DNA of 64,000 nt from Octopus vulgaris (Eukaryota), in NCBI GenBank assembly GCA_951406725.2, contig OX597823.1, positions 47,306,001-47,370,000 on the forward strand, given 5' to 3'. Numbering within the stretch: the stretch's first letter is position 1; each line of letters begins with the position of its first letter. Of this stretch, positions 12,420-26,085 are shown one piece after another. The translations under genes and the position numbers were made by a program. The notes under the pieces were generated by a model, which saw only the letters and a list, made by a program, of their open reading frames with translations, was not told where the DNA came from and ran no database searches.

Positions 12420-12921
12420 AGGCAGCTGGCTGGTTGAATCTTTAGAACTTATAGAACGAATAAACCAGAAACTATGATGGTCCTCTGGACATTTGTCCAC
12501 AGCCGCTTAGGCTACTGTCCCCAACTATGGTCACACACAGTGTTAAATTAACGGTCAGACTCGAAGTTACAGAAAGAAGATCGTCTCAATGCAACTGCTC
12601 GGCTCTGGGAAGAGGGAAAAGCTGAAAAATCTTAGACTCTACTCCCTAGAAAAATGGCGGGAAAGCTATGCAGTGATAGACAACTAGAAAATCATAGAGG
12701 GACTTGTACCAAACTTTTGTCATTGAAAGGTACACAAGCTTCATAACAGGGTGCCACTGAATATACCAAAGATCCCAGCATCACTATCAAGATACATAAA
12801 CAGATTCTGCAACAGCTTGGGTTTTAAAGGGTCACAGCTCTTCCATATCCTCCCCAAAGGTCTGAGAGATGTTCATGGCGTTGATGTGGGTGTCTTCAAA
12901 ACAAAACTGGATCTCCGCCTG
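12420..12921 (+). pseudogene. CR1/L2-group LINE ORF2 C-terminal fragment
   Basis: IFRTYRTNKPETMMVLWTFVHSRLGYCPQLWS, KLKNLRLYSLEKWRESYAVIDN*KIIEGLVPN and NSLGFKGSQLFHILPKGLRDVHGVDVGVFKTKLD are typical post-RT motifs; stops and frameshifts present. Confidence 0.85.
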
Positions 12922-12945
12922 TATATATATATATGTGCGTGTGTT

Positions 12946-13103
12946 GTGGGCTTCTTTCAGTTTCCGTCAACCAAATCAATTTACAAGGCTTTGGTATGTC
13001 AGAGACTATAGTAGAAAACACTTGGCCGAGGGTCCCACGCAGTGGGATTGAACCCAGAACCATTTGTTTGGAAGGCAAAATTCTTACCATATAGCCATTC
13101 CTG
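12946..13103 (-). mobile_element. SINE family B head
   Basis: Reverse B head motifs. Confidence 0.8.
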
Positions 13104-13605
13104 CTCACACACGCACATACACACGTGTGCGCGCGCATGTCTGCGTGAGTGTGTGTGGTGGTGGTGGTGGGGTGTGTGCATGTGTGCATCTTATTTCACC
13201 AACTCACCACAATCCATCGTTTATCTCGTATGCTAGTTTCTCTTTCACTGTCCTCTTCCTATACCTCCCCTACCGCCATCACAGTATCTTTTCCCCTCTC
13301 CCTCTCTGCCCTTCCGTCATGACCTCCCACACACACACCCGTATAATGGAGGATAGCCCGAGACAACGCATAACACAACCCAACGAGTCACCTTTACCAT
13401 TCTGACCTCGACCTTTGACACTAATCGCGTCCTTTACTCTTGTCCCTTTCATACTCCCTCATCTAATAGCAGGTTCTCTGTTCCTCTCTCCACTACCGCC
13501 CTCTCTCAAAACTGTATATATATATATTTATTCTTTATCATGTAGTAACCCCTCATTATTTTGCTCTGAATCATAACAGCTTCTCTCCTGTCCTCCTTCA
13601 ATTAT

Positions 13606-13925
13606 CAGTGGTTTTCAGCCGGGGTCAATATGGCCTCTGAGGGCCCATATAAGATTTTTGGAGGTCCACAAAACAAAATAGAAAATTGGAAATCTACAAT
13701 AGTATTTTAAGGGCCTCTGAAAACATTTTTACTTCAGATTTATGTATTGCAAGAATTTCTTTCTCTAACATTGTACGACGTTCGGCCTGCACTAGTTAAT
13801 GTGAGAAAAACCAAAATAGGAATTTTGAAAGAAAATTATATAAAACAACGAATAGCCATGGGGGTCCACCAGAATAAAATAATAATCAAAGGGATCCAGG
13901 GATAGAAAGTGGTTAAGAACCCCTG
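13606..13925. mobile_element. hAT-type MITE
   Basis: Termini CAGTGGTTTTCAGCC / GGTTAAGAACCCCTG; subterminal similarity to 42362-42800 and 52870-53127. Confidence 0.75.
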
Positions 13926-13989
13926 CTTTAGATGTCTTATTCTTGCAAATTGCTGGCGACACGAAAGAGGGCCACCAGTGCACTCTGTA

Positions 13990-14315
13990 TAGTGTGTAGT
14001 GGTTGGGACCGGAAAAGGTGTTCGGCTCTAGATCGTAAGGTCGTGAATTCGATTCCCGGCGACGAGTTGTGTCCTTGAGCAAGACACTTTATTTCACGTT
14101 GCTCCAGTCCACTCAGCTGACAAAAATAAGTAGTACCTGAATTTTTTAAAAGCCAGCCTTCTCACATTCTGTGTCACGCTGAATCTCCCATAGAACTATG
14201 TTAAGGGCACATGTGTCTGTGGAGTGCTCAGCCATTTGCACCTTAATTTCACGAGCAGGCTGTTCAGTTAATCGGATCAACTGGAAGCTTCGTCATCGTA
14301 ACCGACGGAGTGCCA
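13990..14315 (+). mobile_element. tRNA-derived CORE-type SINE, family D
   Basis: GAATTCGATTCCC B-box, GTGTCCTTGAGCAAGACACTT core, CTCCAGTCCACTCAGCTG; 3' end repeated at 14578-14727. Confidence 0.8.
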
Positions 14316-14644
14316 CATATATATATATACTCATGTGTATATACATACTTATAGGCGCCGTTCGTGCACGCACACACATACACGCAAACTCACACACACA
14401 TACACGCAAACTCACACACACATACACGCAAACTCACACACTTGATCGTTTTCCGACAGCTTATGAAGACAGTGCCAGTGTAACTAAAGTCGAAACCAAA
14501 TGGTTATGAAGCAAATTTCTTTACCCTATCACCTTTCTCTCTCTCTCACACGCACACGCTAAAATATAAGTATATAACTTAATTTCACGAGCTGGTTCAT
14601 CCGTTGATCAGATGAACTGGGATCCCTTGTCGTAACCGACGGAG

Positions 14645-14714
14645 CAGTGGCGGCTCGTGTATAGGAACTGCAGCACCCCTTATTTCCACTAATTTTATCT
14701 ACGAGCTGCCACTG
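14645..14714. mobile_element. 70 bp hAT-like MITE
   Basis: TIRs CAGTGGCGGCTCGT / ACGAGCTGCCACTG; perfect 8 bp TSD CGACGGAG (14637-14644, 14715-14722). Confidence 0.9.
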
Positions 14715-15514
14715 CGACGGAGTGCCAATTAGTTAAGTCTTGGCGAAGAGATGTGTCGCCATTCGAAGGACTGATCCTTCGTTTCCTGAAACGTACCTCT
14801 GGCTGAAAACGCTTCCACCAGATCAATGCAGTCCTCCACCCCTCTCTCCATGAAATCGGCTATCACTTGCCGAGGATCAATTTTACCCACATTTTCAAAT
14901 ACCCGAAGTATTCAACCATCTTCTATAATGTACCATGGTCTCAGTTGGGTATCACACTCACTGACTGCGATTCATCTGCCCGCGCAAATCAATTCGTTCA
15001 TTTGCTAGTGGTTTACGTCTGTGGTTGCAGTTGATGATTTCCCGCTGTGTAGTTTGTTTTCAACGCTTTGTGGTCAAATTTCTTAATTCACCAGTACCTA
15101 TTGTTCTTGTCCATGCGCGTAATTTACGTGAAAGACCTGTCCGCCTTCTATAGATATCGAACTACCTGGAACTCACTAGTGTAGCTAGAGGAAGATGAAG
15201 GGCGATCTGCCACGTGTGAGCAAAGAACTACTTTCATGGGACCAGAAAATTTGGGTCTGATTTATAAGCGTGTACAAGCTTGGAGGCTTGGTGTGTGTGT
15301 GTGGAGGGTAAACTCAAGGGCTGCACTGGGGGGCACACACTTTTGCTGGGTTACCGTGAGAACCCATTCTTTGCCTTCGACGATGAAGGGCAAGGAAAGT
15401 TGCTATCGAGGAAGAGACCTACCCTCCTTACATGTGCCATCTGAATGAACCTAGTCGGTTAACAAAATCTTATGCATACTTCGGCATTGCACTAGATACA
15501 ATTCTCTTACATAC

Positions 15515-15562
<48 letters not shown>

Positions 15563-15976
15563 AGATATGTTTAGAGACATACATAAATATATCTGTATAA
15601 ATGTGTGTATGTATATATATATATATATATGATGCAATATATATATGCCTGTGTACGTATGTGTACATATATATATGTGCGTGTATATATGCATATGTTA
15701 TGTATGGGTATGTACACACATACACCCTCATGTATACTCACACGTATACGCTGTATATATACATATATTTATATTCATACAAAAACATATTCACATTTAT
15801 GTATACGTGTATACATATATGTATGTATATTTGCATATCTTCATATGTGTGTTTGTGTATTTACGCACACCTACACATACGTATACATATTTAGGGTATA
15901 TGCTTATATATACAAACATATACATACATATTTACACACACACGTATGTGTATATGTATCCTTATATGCGCAAATG

Positions 15977-16016
<40 letters not shown>

Positions 16017-16044
16017 TTATAAAGTGAGATAGGGGTTGAAATGG

Positions 16045-16083
<39 letters not shown>

Positions 16084-16239
16084 GCACACGCACTCTTTGC
16101 ATGCATAAGATATAGATATATGTGTATATATCTGTGTGTGTGAATTATGTAGAAAAGTACGCCTGTATAATACACGGAAACCTGTTTACACACTGACATG
16201 TATATAGAAAAATGTACATAAATTCTTCAGCATATCAGT

Positions 16240-16505
16240 CTTATGCCAGTCACGAGCCTGTCGGCTCATTAAGGCTAGTGTTCATGGCATGTAAGCGAAT
16301 AGGGTGCGATGCACCCTACGGCAGTCTGTCACACGTCGTTTATCCCCAGCTTTTGATGGTACTTATATTGAGCTAAATCGACTGGAACGACATGAGATTA
16401 TGTGTTTACGCTCAAGAAGGTACCAGGCAACTAAAGGCTTGGTGTCGAAACCAAGACCTTATGAACTGGGTTTTCGACACCCGAATCATTTGACAACATA
16501 GCTTC
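16240..16505 (-). mobile_element. Old tRNA-derived SINE
   Basis: Reverse B-box (TCGAAACC) and core-like TGTGTTTACGCTCAAG; highly diverged. Confidence 0.5.
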
Positions 16506-16672
16506 GCGCGCACGCACGCACTCACACACACACACACACACAACGCGCAGACATACATATACACGCATACACACACACGCACGCACACAGATCTCTGTGA
16601 TTAAAAAATGATTAGTGTATGTGAATCCTGATTACTTATGAGTGTATATGTGTGTGTATATATATATATATA

Positions 16673-16714
<42 letters not shown>

Positions 16715-16719
<5 letters not shown>

Positions 16720-16917
16720 CTTTACTACCCACAAGGGGCTAAACATAGAGGGGACAAACAAGGATAGACAAAGCGATTAAGTCGATTCCATCGCCCCACC
16801 CCCCCCCCCAGTGCGTAACTGGTAGTTAATTTATCGACCCCGAAAGGATGAAAGGCAAAGTCAACCTCGGCGGAATTTGAACTCAGAACGTAACGGCAGA
16901 CGAAATACGGCTATGCA
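16715..16917 (-). mobile_element. SINE family A (5'-truncated)
   Basis: Reverse complement of about 50-240. Confidence 0.9.
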
Positions 16918-16930
16918 GTGTATATATATA

Positions 16931-17006
<76 letters not shown>

Positions 17007-17821
17007 TGAGTGCGTGTAACATGTATATGTGCGTTTGTGAAATAAACGCGCTTGAATACTTAATGATAAATTTAAACCGCACACATCACTCGATGCATGT
17101 GTAATGTCAAATGCTTATTGTAAAGACGATCTTTCATATTGTTGTAACCCCGAAGTTTTGTCGGCGGTGATGCATACCCAACAGTTTTGAATAAGGGAAC
17201 ACCGACGAAACTTTCTCTTAACAGAATTCCAACACACACACACACACACGTCTGTGTGTGTGTACGTACATACACATTACCCACCCAGACAATGTTACTT
17301 TTATCTTTACTTTCAACTTCTATTTTCAGCCAGGGGCAGTGGCCATCCATGCTTGGGGCATCGCCACCGATTTGATTGTGAGCGTATTTCATTTCATTTC
17401 ATTTCGCAGCCCTCCGCATCTTGTTTCGTTCTGATGAATCAGTGAGTTTTGGACGAACAGTGCTTACCCTTGTTTTGCAGTTTCTTTACATGAAATAATA
17501 TTAATATTAATATTAATCTGAAAACTGTCTAAAAAAAAAAATTACTCCTTCTCTTCTCCCTTTACTCCAAGATTCATTTGGCCACATACGCAAAATCAGC
17601 TTTGATCCTTATAATTATCATAAGGATCGAAGACACTCGCTTCCCCTGCCTGACTGTGTGAAACCGAATAATGGATGGAATTCACTAATTTCATGTATAC
17701 ACACAAATCTGTGTGTGTGTGCGTGTGTGTGTGTGCGTATATATATATACATATATATATATATTTATGTATGTATATATAAATACCCACGCACACACGT
17801 TAAATATATGTATGTGATACA

Positions 17822-17874
<53 letters not shown>

Positions 17875-18372
17875 ACTGGGCCTCCATGAGACCTGGAAAG
17901 TAAATATGTGTGTGTGTATAATTAAAAGAGATAGGAGAAATTGAGAGAGAGAGAGAGAGGTATGTCCTCTTTTGCTTTCCAACCCACTTTCCTCACGTGC
18001 CCCATCCATCGCACATGCAGACACACAAATCACACATAGCAGACTTCGGATAATGCCATACTAATTCTTCTTTTTCTTTCTTTCTTTCTTTCTATTTTTT
18101 TTTCTTTTTCATAGCGTAACCATAATCAGAGTGTGACCATGAGTCAACTTGTATACAATATGCTTGTCTATCTATCTATCTTATAGATGGATGTATTAGA
18201 ATATAATCTAGACACACCAGATTTTATTAGGAGACGGCTATGGGATCTTCTAGCTTCTATATTCCGTGATTTCAAAACGTAGTTGCGTAAGCGCTGAAAT
18301 GCTTTCAATCGGGGAATCCAAATGGGGTCATTGACCTCTTCCAACCAAACGTCTGATGAGACATGCACAACT

Positions 18373-18399
18373 GTCTGTCCGTCTATCTGTCTGTCTATA

Positions 18400-18484
<85 letters not shown>

Positions 18485-18530
18485 GTCTGTCTATGTCTAT
18501 CTATCTGTCTATCTGTCTGTCTAGTCTCTG

Positions 18531-18602
<72 letters not shown>
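18373..18602. repeat. (TATC)n/(TGTC)n tetranucleotide array
   Basis: Directly visible. Confidence 0.95.
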
Positions 18603-18603
<1 letters not shown>

Positions 18604-19829
18604 TTCTATACAGATGATAGTATATATACACACACACATACGTCTTTACACTGTGTGTATAAAGAGTTGACTGCATGTATACATATATGTATACATATAG
18701 GTAACATGCATACATTTGAGATAATTTTATGTTATTGTCGGGCATCTCATGGCCACAGCATCTCGACAGCCGTTCTTTTTATGTCGGTGGCATTGTCTCC
18801 GAAGCACATGTAAACTGGGGCGCCTTACGTGTAAATACTCCTCACTGCATATGTCTGAATACCAGGAGTTGCTGCAGTGGCTGCTACAGGTTGTTGTCGG
18901 CACTGTTACCATTATTTTCTCTATCGCCGCCGTCTCGCTAACATCAAACACCATTGCCGCTGGCAATGCCTTCTTCCCACGGCGCACATATACCGAGATC
19001 TGTATATACATACATACATACACACACACACACATATATATATATCAAAGCAACGTGCAGGCATATATAGGCAAATACGATATAAACAGACACTCGTATA
19101 TACACTCACTCTTTCGGTCATACACGCCAATAAGTCTTAGGCACACAAACATAAGCATGTATGGGCAAGTACGCCATAAATTCAGACATACACATCATCA
19201 GAGGTGGCTCAGACATCTCTCAACAGAAGCACGCACACGCACGTACATAAAGGCATGTACTGGCGACAGACTGACAGCTCCCTGGATGCAGGCTAGACAC
19301 GCTGTATTTACAGACATATGCAATGTAGAGGCAGTAAATGCACAGCCTCAGACATGGCACACACGCGCGCACACACACCTCTCTGCTAGCAGACTAGATA
19401 CGCACACACATACACACCGTGGCATGCCGAGTTTAGACAAATACGCAGATAAAAAGCATAGACCGACACATTGACATACAATTACATATCCATATACATA
19501 ACACATATTTACACCTACATATATACACTTACACATATATATACACTTACACACATATATATATATATATGTACATAGACCAACGTACGTTTATACACAT
19601 AATACATTATGCGTTCACGTATATTAATAGTTGTGTATATAAATAGAGACACCTCGATTGATATAGATATACGTACATTCGTGTAGTAGCATATAGAGTT
19701 AGACATGTATGTATGGCACAGGCAAGCATACACATTTTAGTACATACACCAAGTAAGCTTGGCCAAACGGACACGCGCATATCCTGACATGCTGACGTAC
19801 ACATAAGGACAAGAGACATACACGAATCA

Positions 19830-20062
19830 AACGGAATCTCATCGAGGTCGTTCGACCTGCTAGAAATAGCAGTTACATCTAAATTTACCTTGTATTACAT
19901 ACTACCGTCTTCAAGGAAAGGAAAGAAAAGAAAAATCATTGAGTTACGTAATACTAGATTTGCAATTATGCCTGAAAAAATAAGTGACGGTCACGGCTAG
20001 AAAGCCTTTGCTGATATGTCTGCTCTACCAAGACTGGTCTGGGGCCATCAACAAGAAAAACA
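19830..20062 (+). mobile_element. Interspersed repeat family F (SINE-like)
   Basis: CTGCTAGAAATAGCAG...CCTGAAAAAATAAG...TCTGGGGC...AACAA shared with 36210-36845 and partly 43430-43627. Confidence 0.65.
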
Positions 20063-20555
20063 TTACAGTGACATACATACTACACATATACATACAGAGA
20101 CTCATACACAAACATGGATGTACGCGCATACATATATATACGCTGACAAGAGACACTAAATGACATCCACACACACACATACACATATATATATATGTAT
20201 ACATACACGCACACACAAATTCACACATGGACAATGTGTTAAATACATCACGGATGTCGGCTCAGACGTGTGTGTATATACGACACACACACACACACAT
20301 AGACATTGAATGATATCCACACACTCACATGCATACAAGCACACACACACACACACACACACACTCGCATGGACACTTCAACACTTACACGAAAACAGAC
20401 GTCGACTCACACATACACCACACGCACATATAGACAGACAGACACTCAATGACGTACACATACTTATACACACACACACTGACATCCATACACATGCATC
20501 GCATATCCATATATACATTCATATAAATATGTCTGTATACATACCTATATACATA

Positions 20556-20640
<85 letters not shown>

Positions 20641-20851
20641 TGTATGTATACACAGCTACTGTGCCTGATGTCCACACACACACACACACATACATACACA
20701 CTCACACAGTTATCATCCCGGATCCGTTGTCTATGTTAATGGATGGATTTCCCTTTCGCTCTTATTACATCTGTGTACATGTGTCTGTTTCGTTTCATGT
20801 CTCCTCTCCAGTCTCTTCTAGTCCACTTCACATTCATACACACACACACGA

Positions 20852-20901
<50 letters not shown>

Positions 20902-21033
20902 CATACATGCTTATTATATACATCCATACTGTGTATTGTCGTAATCATAATTGCAATGCATAATATCTATCAATGCAATTGTTACGTACAACACTTTATC
21001 TAGTTAACTACGCGCGTTCACACACACACACAC

Positions 21034-21064
<31 letters not shown>

Positions 21065-21094
<30 letters not shown>

Positions 21095-21141
21095 TGTATG
21101 TATGTATGTATGTATGTATGTATGTATGTATGTATGTATGT
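21065..21141. repeat. (TATG)n array
   Basis: Directly visible. Confidence 0.95.
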
Positions 21142-21844
21142 GCATGCATATGTTTGTGTATATAGACATATATCTTTTTCTACACCGCACTTGTAATCAG
21201 GTCTAGTCAATGTACATTTACACCGTTTATTTTATATACAAAAATAAACAGATTTATTACATTTATGTGACAACAAAAAATCTGTGAGCCCCCAGCCCGC
21301 ACACAGACACTCACTCACACACACACATACACACACCAATATACATATACTTGCCAATACAGCATACACATACATACATACACAGAGTAACGTTTACGAC
21401 AAATGAAATTCGTAGAAGTTCACGCACATTACACACACACATATACAGCGTGTGTGTGTGTGTGTGTGTGTGCAATTATGATTACGACTGTACATATGGA
21501 TGTATAAGCATTCCGTTACATATAAATGTGTGTACTCATGTATGTATATATATATATACACACACACGCACACATACAAACATCCATATACACGCAACAG
21601 AAATCCACCGTTTCGTATAGAACACACACAGGTACGAAGACACACACACATACTAGCATTTGTTAGCGCCCACTGACTACAACTGCATGCATGTATATAT
21701 GTGTGTAATGTGTGTGTGTGTTTAGTATGCATATATGTATAATCTGTCTAGCTGCGCACTGTCAGTCTGTACGCATTGTATATATAATAATAATAATATA
21801 CATATATATATATATATATGTCTGTATATGTGTCTGCTGTGTAT

Positions 21845-23021
21845 GTCCGTCCCAGTTCCCTTGATCCGTCCTCCTCCTCCTCTCTCTTTCTCCCTCCTTC
21901 TCTCCCTTCCTCTCGGTTTTCTCCTTCTCTGTCTTCTCTCACTCACTCACTCTCTCTCTCTTTTTCCCTGTCGTTCTCTCTCTCTCTCTCTCTCCTGCCG
22001 TGGCTGCCGCCGCCGTCGTCGTCGCCTTCTGCTGCTGCTGTTACCATCGCCCTCCCTAGTCTTACCCACCTGTATGTCTAGAACCTTGTATACATGTCAG
22101 CCAGCCAGTCGGCCCGGTTGCTTGCTGAACATTTCCATGCAGGTTGAAGAATGAAATTAAGGGAGCAGCACGTAGGTGTTTATATATATATATATTCCAT
22201 ATCATACTTTTTTTTTTTTTTCTTCTTTCACTCATCCTATCCCTTTTTTTTTTCTTCTTCTTCTTCTTCTTCTTCTTCTCTCTTTCTTCTCCTCCCTCCT
22301 TCTTTCTATTTCTTTCTCTTTTTTTTTTCCACCAGTTTGTTTTTGTTTTTAATGTTACACTGTTTAATTTTTCTCTCATTCCTATGCATTGTGTTATCTC
22401 AGTGCAGTCTCAGAATTGGTTCGCCTAAATTGTCCGTCGGCCTGGCCTTATGTCTTGCTTGGAATCAAAAAAGATTTCTCTGCTACTGCTCACAGCTCTT
22501 TCTCCTTGTCTGTCCTTTTTCATCTACGCTACTTTTTTCTCTCTTTCTCTCCTCACGAATCCCCCTCTCTCTCTGTATACGCACACATGTTTGTGTGTGT
22601 ATATATATATACACACACACACAAACAAACACATACATATTATATACACTGTGATCTCTCCCTATATATATATATCTTGCTATTTATCCATCTATCTCCC
22701 TCTGTCTGATAACAGGGGAGAGAAATTACTCGAAATATCCCACAGGAGCATCGCACTTATAGGGTACTATTTATATTACATGAATATTGTATGCTTTGAT
22801 CGATATTCGAACCTGTTGTCTCTTGGAATATGTGTGTCTACTCTGCTATAATGTAACCACCAGTCAGTATGTGTGTGTGTATGTATGTGTACAAGCATGT
22901 CAGGTCGTCTAGTGGCACCATTACCATTTTTTGGTGGGAAGGTGGAGGGGAGAAGTGTACATTCCAGTCTTAAATACTAACACAATCCACCAACGCATAA
23001 AGACATACTACAACTAACAAG
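21845..23021 (+). promoter_or_regulatory. Candidate promoter and non-coding first exon of an unidentified gene
   Basis: CT-rich tract, CpG-rich (GCC)(GTC)(CTG) run 21995-22050, SINE-free surroundings, strong donor AAG|GTATGT after 23021; no homology evidence. Confidence 0.4.
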
Positions 23022-23469
23022 GTATGTTATATATGTGTATACGGCAATAGAATCCGACTCCAGTCGATGTGAATGTATTTATATATACATGTGTGTGTGT
23101 GTGTACCAATGGCTGATAATGTCTATACTTATGCATGTATATGTGTGTCTGTGTGTATTCGTACTTTGTAGTGATTCAAAAAGAAAAAGTAAAAAGAAAA
23201 AAAAGAATAATAGTGTGTTAGGTTCAGTTCTCTTCTTTACCGACTTCAGCATAGGTCGGTTGGGTTTTTTTCTAGTTAGTGTGGTGCTAATAAACCACCT
23301 ACACGTCTGTAGTAATATGTGTGCAGATTTATGTTCCTTATGCATTCCTTGATAAACTGTCTGCTCCGGAACGTCTATCTATGTCGCATACGTTCTGAAG
23401 ATAATTAATTCTACCTTTCTTTCTTTCACTCCTTTTAAAGTATCCTACACAATCATCTTTCATTCACTG

Positions 23470-23506
<37 letters not shown>

Positions 23507-25779
23507 ATCGTTAATGAAAGAAGACGTTTTGCAAAATAGTTTGTTTATTTGCTTTTATTCTATAATTACTTGTCTGATAAAGAGTTTTAAGCGAATTCTG
23601 CTAGTGTCTGACGACTGCTGGCTGTATGGATCAGTCTGTATAGTGAAGTACCAGTTCATACTGCTTGTTTTAGTTGATTTAGTACGCCGTTAGCTTGATG
23701 CTCGCTGCAAGAAATCATCTCCATGTATAGAGCATGTGTTACGATGGAAGCGGTGTATGTTGTTTCATATCTCTCCTTACACACAAATCATCAAATGAAA
23801 TTATGTTTTAGTAAAAAGAATAAACAAAACAAAATAAAATGTTTACATATGAAGACTTGGCCTAGTTTTAACCTGTTGACGTTATTATAAATCGGATAAA
23901 ATGATAGTGATTTAAAAGCTTCTTATAAATAAGATCCAGTCTTAATTGGCAATTTATGTGCTGATTTCCTTGTTTTGATTGAAGAATTTCCTAATGTAAT
24001 TTTAGAATTATTCTGTCCTGAAACTTCCTTTACAACAACACAAATACACTCGAGTTTACTTATATTAAACAGACTAATTTGTGTTATCCAACTTATTATT
24101 TTTTTTTTTCCTTATTTCATTTTAATATCCCATGTCGTCGAGAATTCATCGGTTACATTTATTGTTTATTTTACTTTTTAATTGCTGTAATGTGTTTGAA
24201 TGGTATAGTTCGTTTGTCATTTCAAGGCCGTACATTTAACACATACACACACATTCGTAAAACCTGTTGCTTGTAAAACTTTTTATCACCAAATACTTTT
24301 ATAAAAAAAAAAAAGCTTTTCTGTCTTTCCCATCTTTTATTTAACCTGTCTATATATGCAGTTTTATTATGCAACTATTATCTGCAAGTGCAAAATAGTT
24401 GTTTGAAGGCTATATAGCCAAGGCTAAGTTTTTGTAGTGGTTGTTTTAATTATCAACTTTGTGTAGTTTGGGTTTTGTTCCATATGGACTGTGTCCTATT
24501 TCTCCTTAAACCTGCGTAAAAAATAAATTGTAATCCTGTTTTCATCTTGAGATTTCGTAACCAATATCCATGGTGGTCTATGTTACACATTCCTGTTGTT
24601 CCACAAGTTCTACTAACATAGTGTTTCACCTAAAATGTGCATCGATTTTGGTATATGTATGAATTAGTAGACCTAGAAAACGTTTGAGATAATTTTGTGT
24701 CCTGTTTTACCTCGGTAAAACTGTTTATTCAGGTTTCTTATAAAGTTTTCTCAATTTGTTCCCCCATATAACCTCACCTCGTATTGAATGTATGATTAGG
24801 TAAAAAGATCTGAAAGTATGTTATAAGTAAAAAAAGAATCCCCGAAATTCAGGACTATTGAGATGGCTAGATAAGGCGGTTTACAGTTTGGAGTTTTCTT
24901 ACATCACTTGCCTATTAGATCATTGACAATTAAAAGCAGGTGGGAAAGTTGAAAAAGTCTAAACCTAACGTTTTTCTCACATGTCCATTATATTATACCT
25001 AGTATTGCATGAAAACAATAGTTGTTTTATCTATTACATTACGATGTATTTACTGCTTGAGAGACCGATATTGTTACTATTTTTATATGTTGAAAGCTCG
25101 TATTGAATAAACAAAAGGCCGTTGACCTGGCTTTCCAGACGTTCTGAAAGAAGGTTAACATCTTAGAGTCTAATGTTTAAGGAACTGAATTTTCGTCTAA
25201 TCTAATCACCACACAACACATTTTAAATGAAGCCCTTTTTAAAAATCCCCGCACCTTTCCAGAAAGTGAACTTTACCTTTAAAATGTAAAATAAAATTAT
25301 ATCATGTCTGTCTATTTTCATAAACCTTGGATTCACAGTTTGCAAAAGGACAGCAATCCATTGTCGTATCTTGTCCCTTCACTTTTCGTGGCACCGTAAT
25401 AAACCTTCGTACTTCTCTGTTCATTTGATCATTTAAATTGACTCCGTGAGCATTCAGCTTAATTATTTAATTAATAATATTCAAAACCTGCGTAAGTTTA
25501 CACCGATTTCTTCAACTGACATTTTCTTTGTGTTATTTTGTTTTATATTTTAACTTTTTATACCCTTTGGCAGTGATGACTCTAAACTTCGTTCGTTTCC
25601 CCTAAATCATTAAAATGCTTCTGTTAGATTACTCTACCGAAGCCCTTTGTACATCTACATTTACACCTATGTCTGTCTTTGCAATTATTATTTTCATTTA
25701 CGCCATACACTATATAATCAAGACGTGATTGCATAAACAACTTCGCGCTAGATGGAACTTCTGAAATAATTGTTTTTAA

Positions 25780-26085
25780 TTGTTGAAGGAAGGTGGGTTT
25801 AGTTGATACTACTTGACTGGTAATTCATTTTATCGACACCGAGGGCTTTAAGACAAATTTTCCTCGGCCTGATTGGAACTCAGAACATAGAGTATTTGAA
25901 GAAAATACCACGAGGTATTTTGTCTGACACTCTAACGACTCTACCATGTCCACCAACCTAAATGATTGCTTCTAATTTAGGAACGAAGCCAGCAGTTTTT
26001 CGTGGGAGGAGGCTCTTCAATTAAATCGATCCAGTGTTTGACTGGTTCTTTATTTTATCGACCCCCGCGGGATTTGAACCCAGAA
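25780..26085 (-). mobile_element. Two degenerate SINE A-related fragments
   Basis: TTTTATCGAC...GAACTCAGAAC motifs occur twice. Confidence 0.65.

Noticed and set aside
14460-14510. CTTATGAAGAC...GTCGAAACCAAATGGTTA hammerhead-like string
   Set aside because: Better explained as a decayed reverse SINE B head
17431-17462. CTGATGAATC...GGACGAACAG hammerhead-like string
   Set aside because: Core is one A short, stem II is poor, and there is no stem I or triplet
18749-19474. Longest ORF (241 aa)
   Set aside because: Runs through CA/TA low-complexity sequence with no recognisable domain
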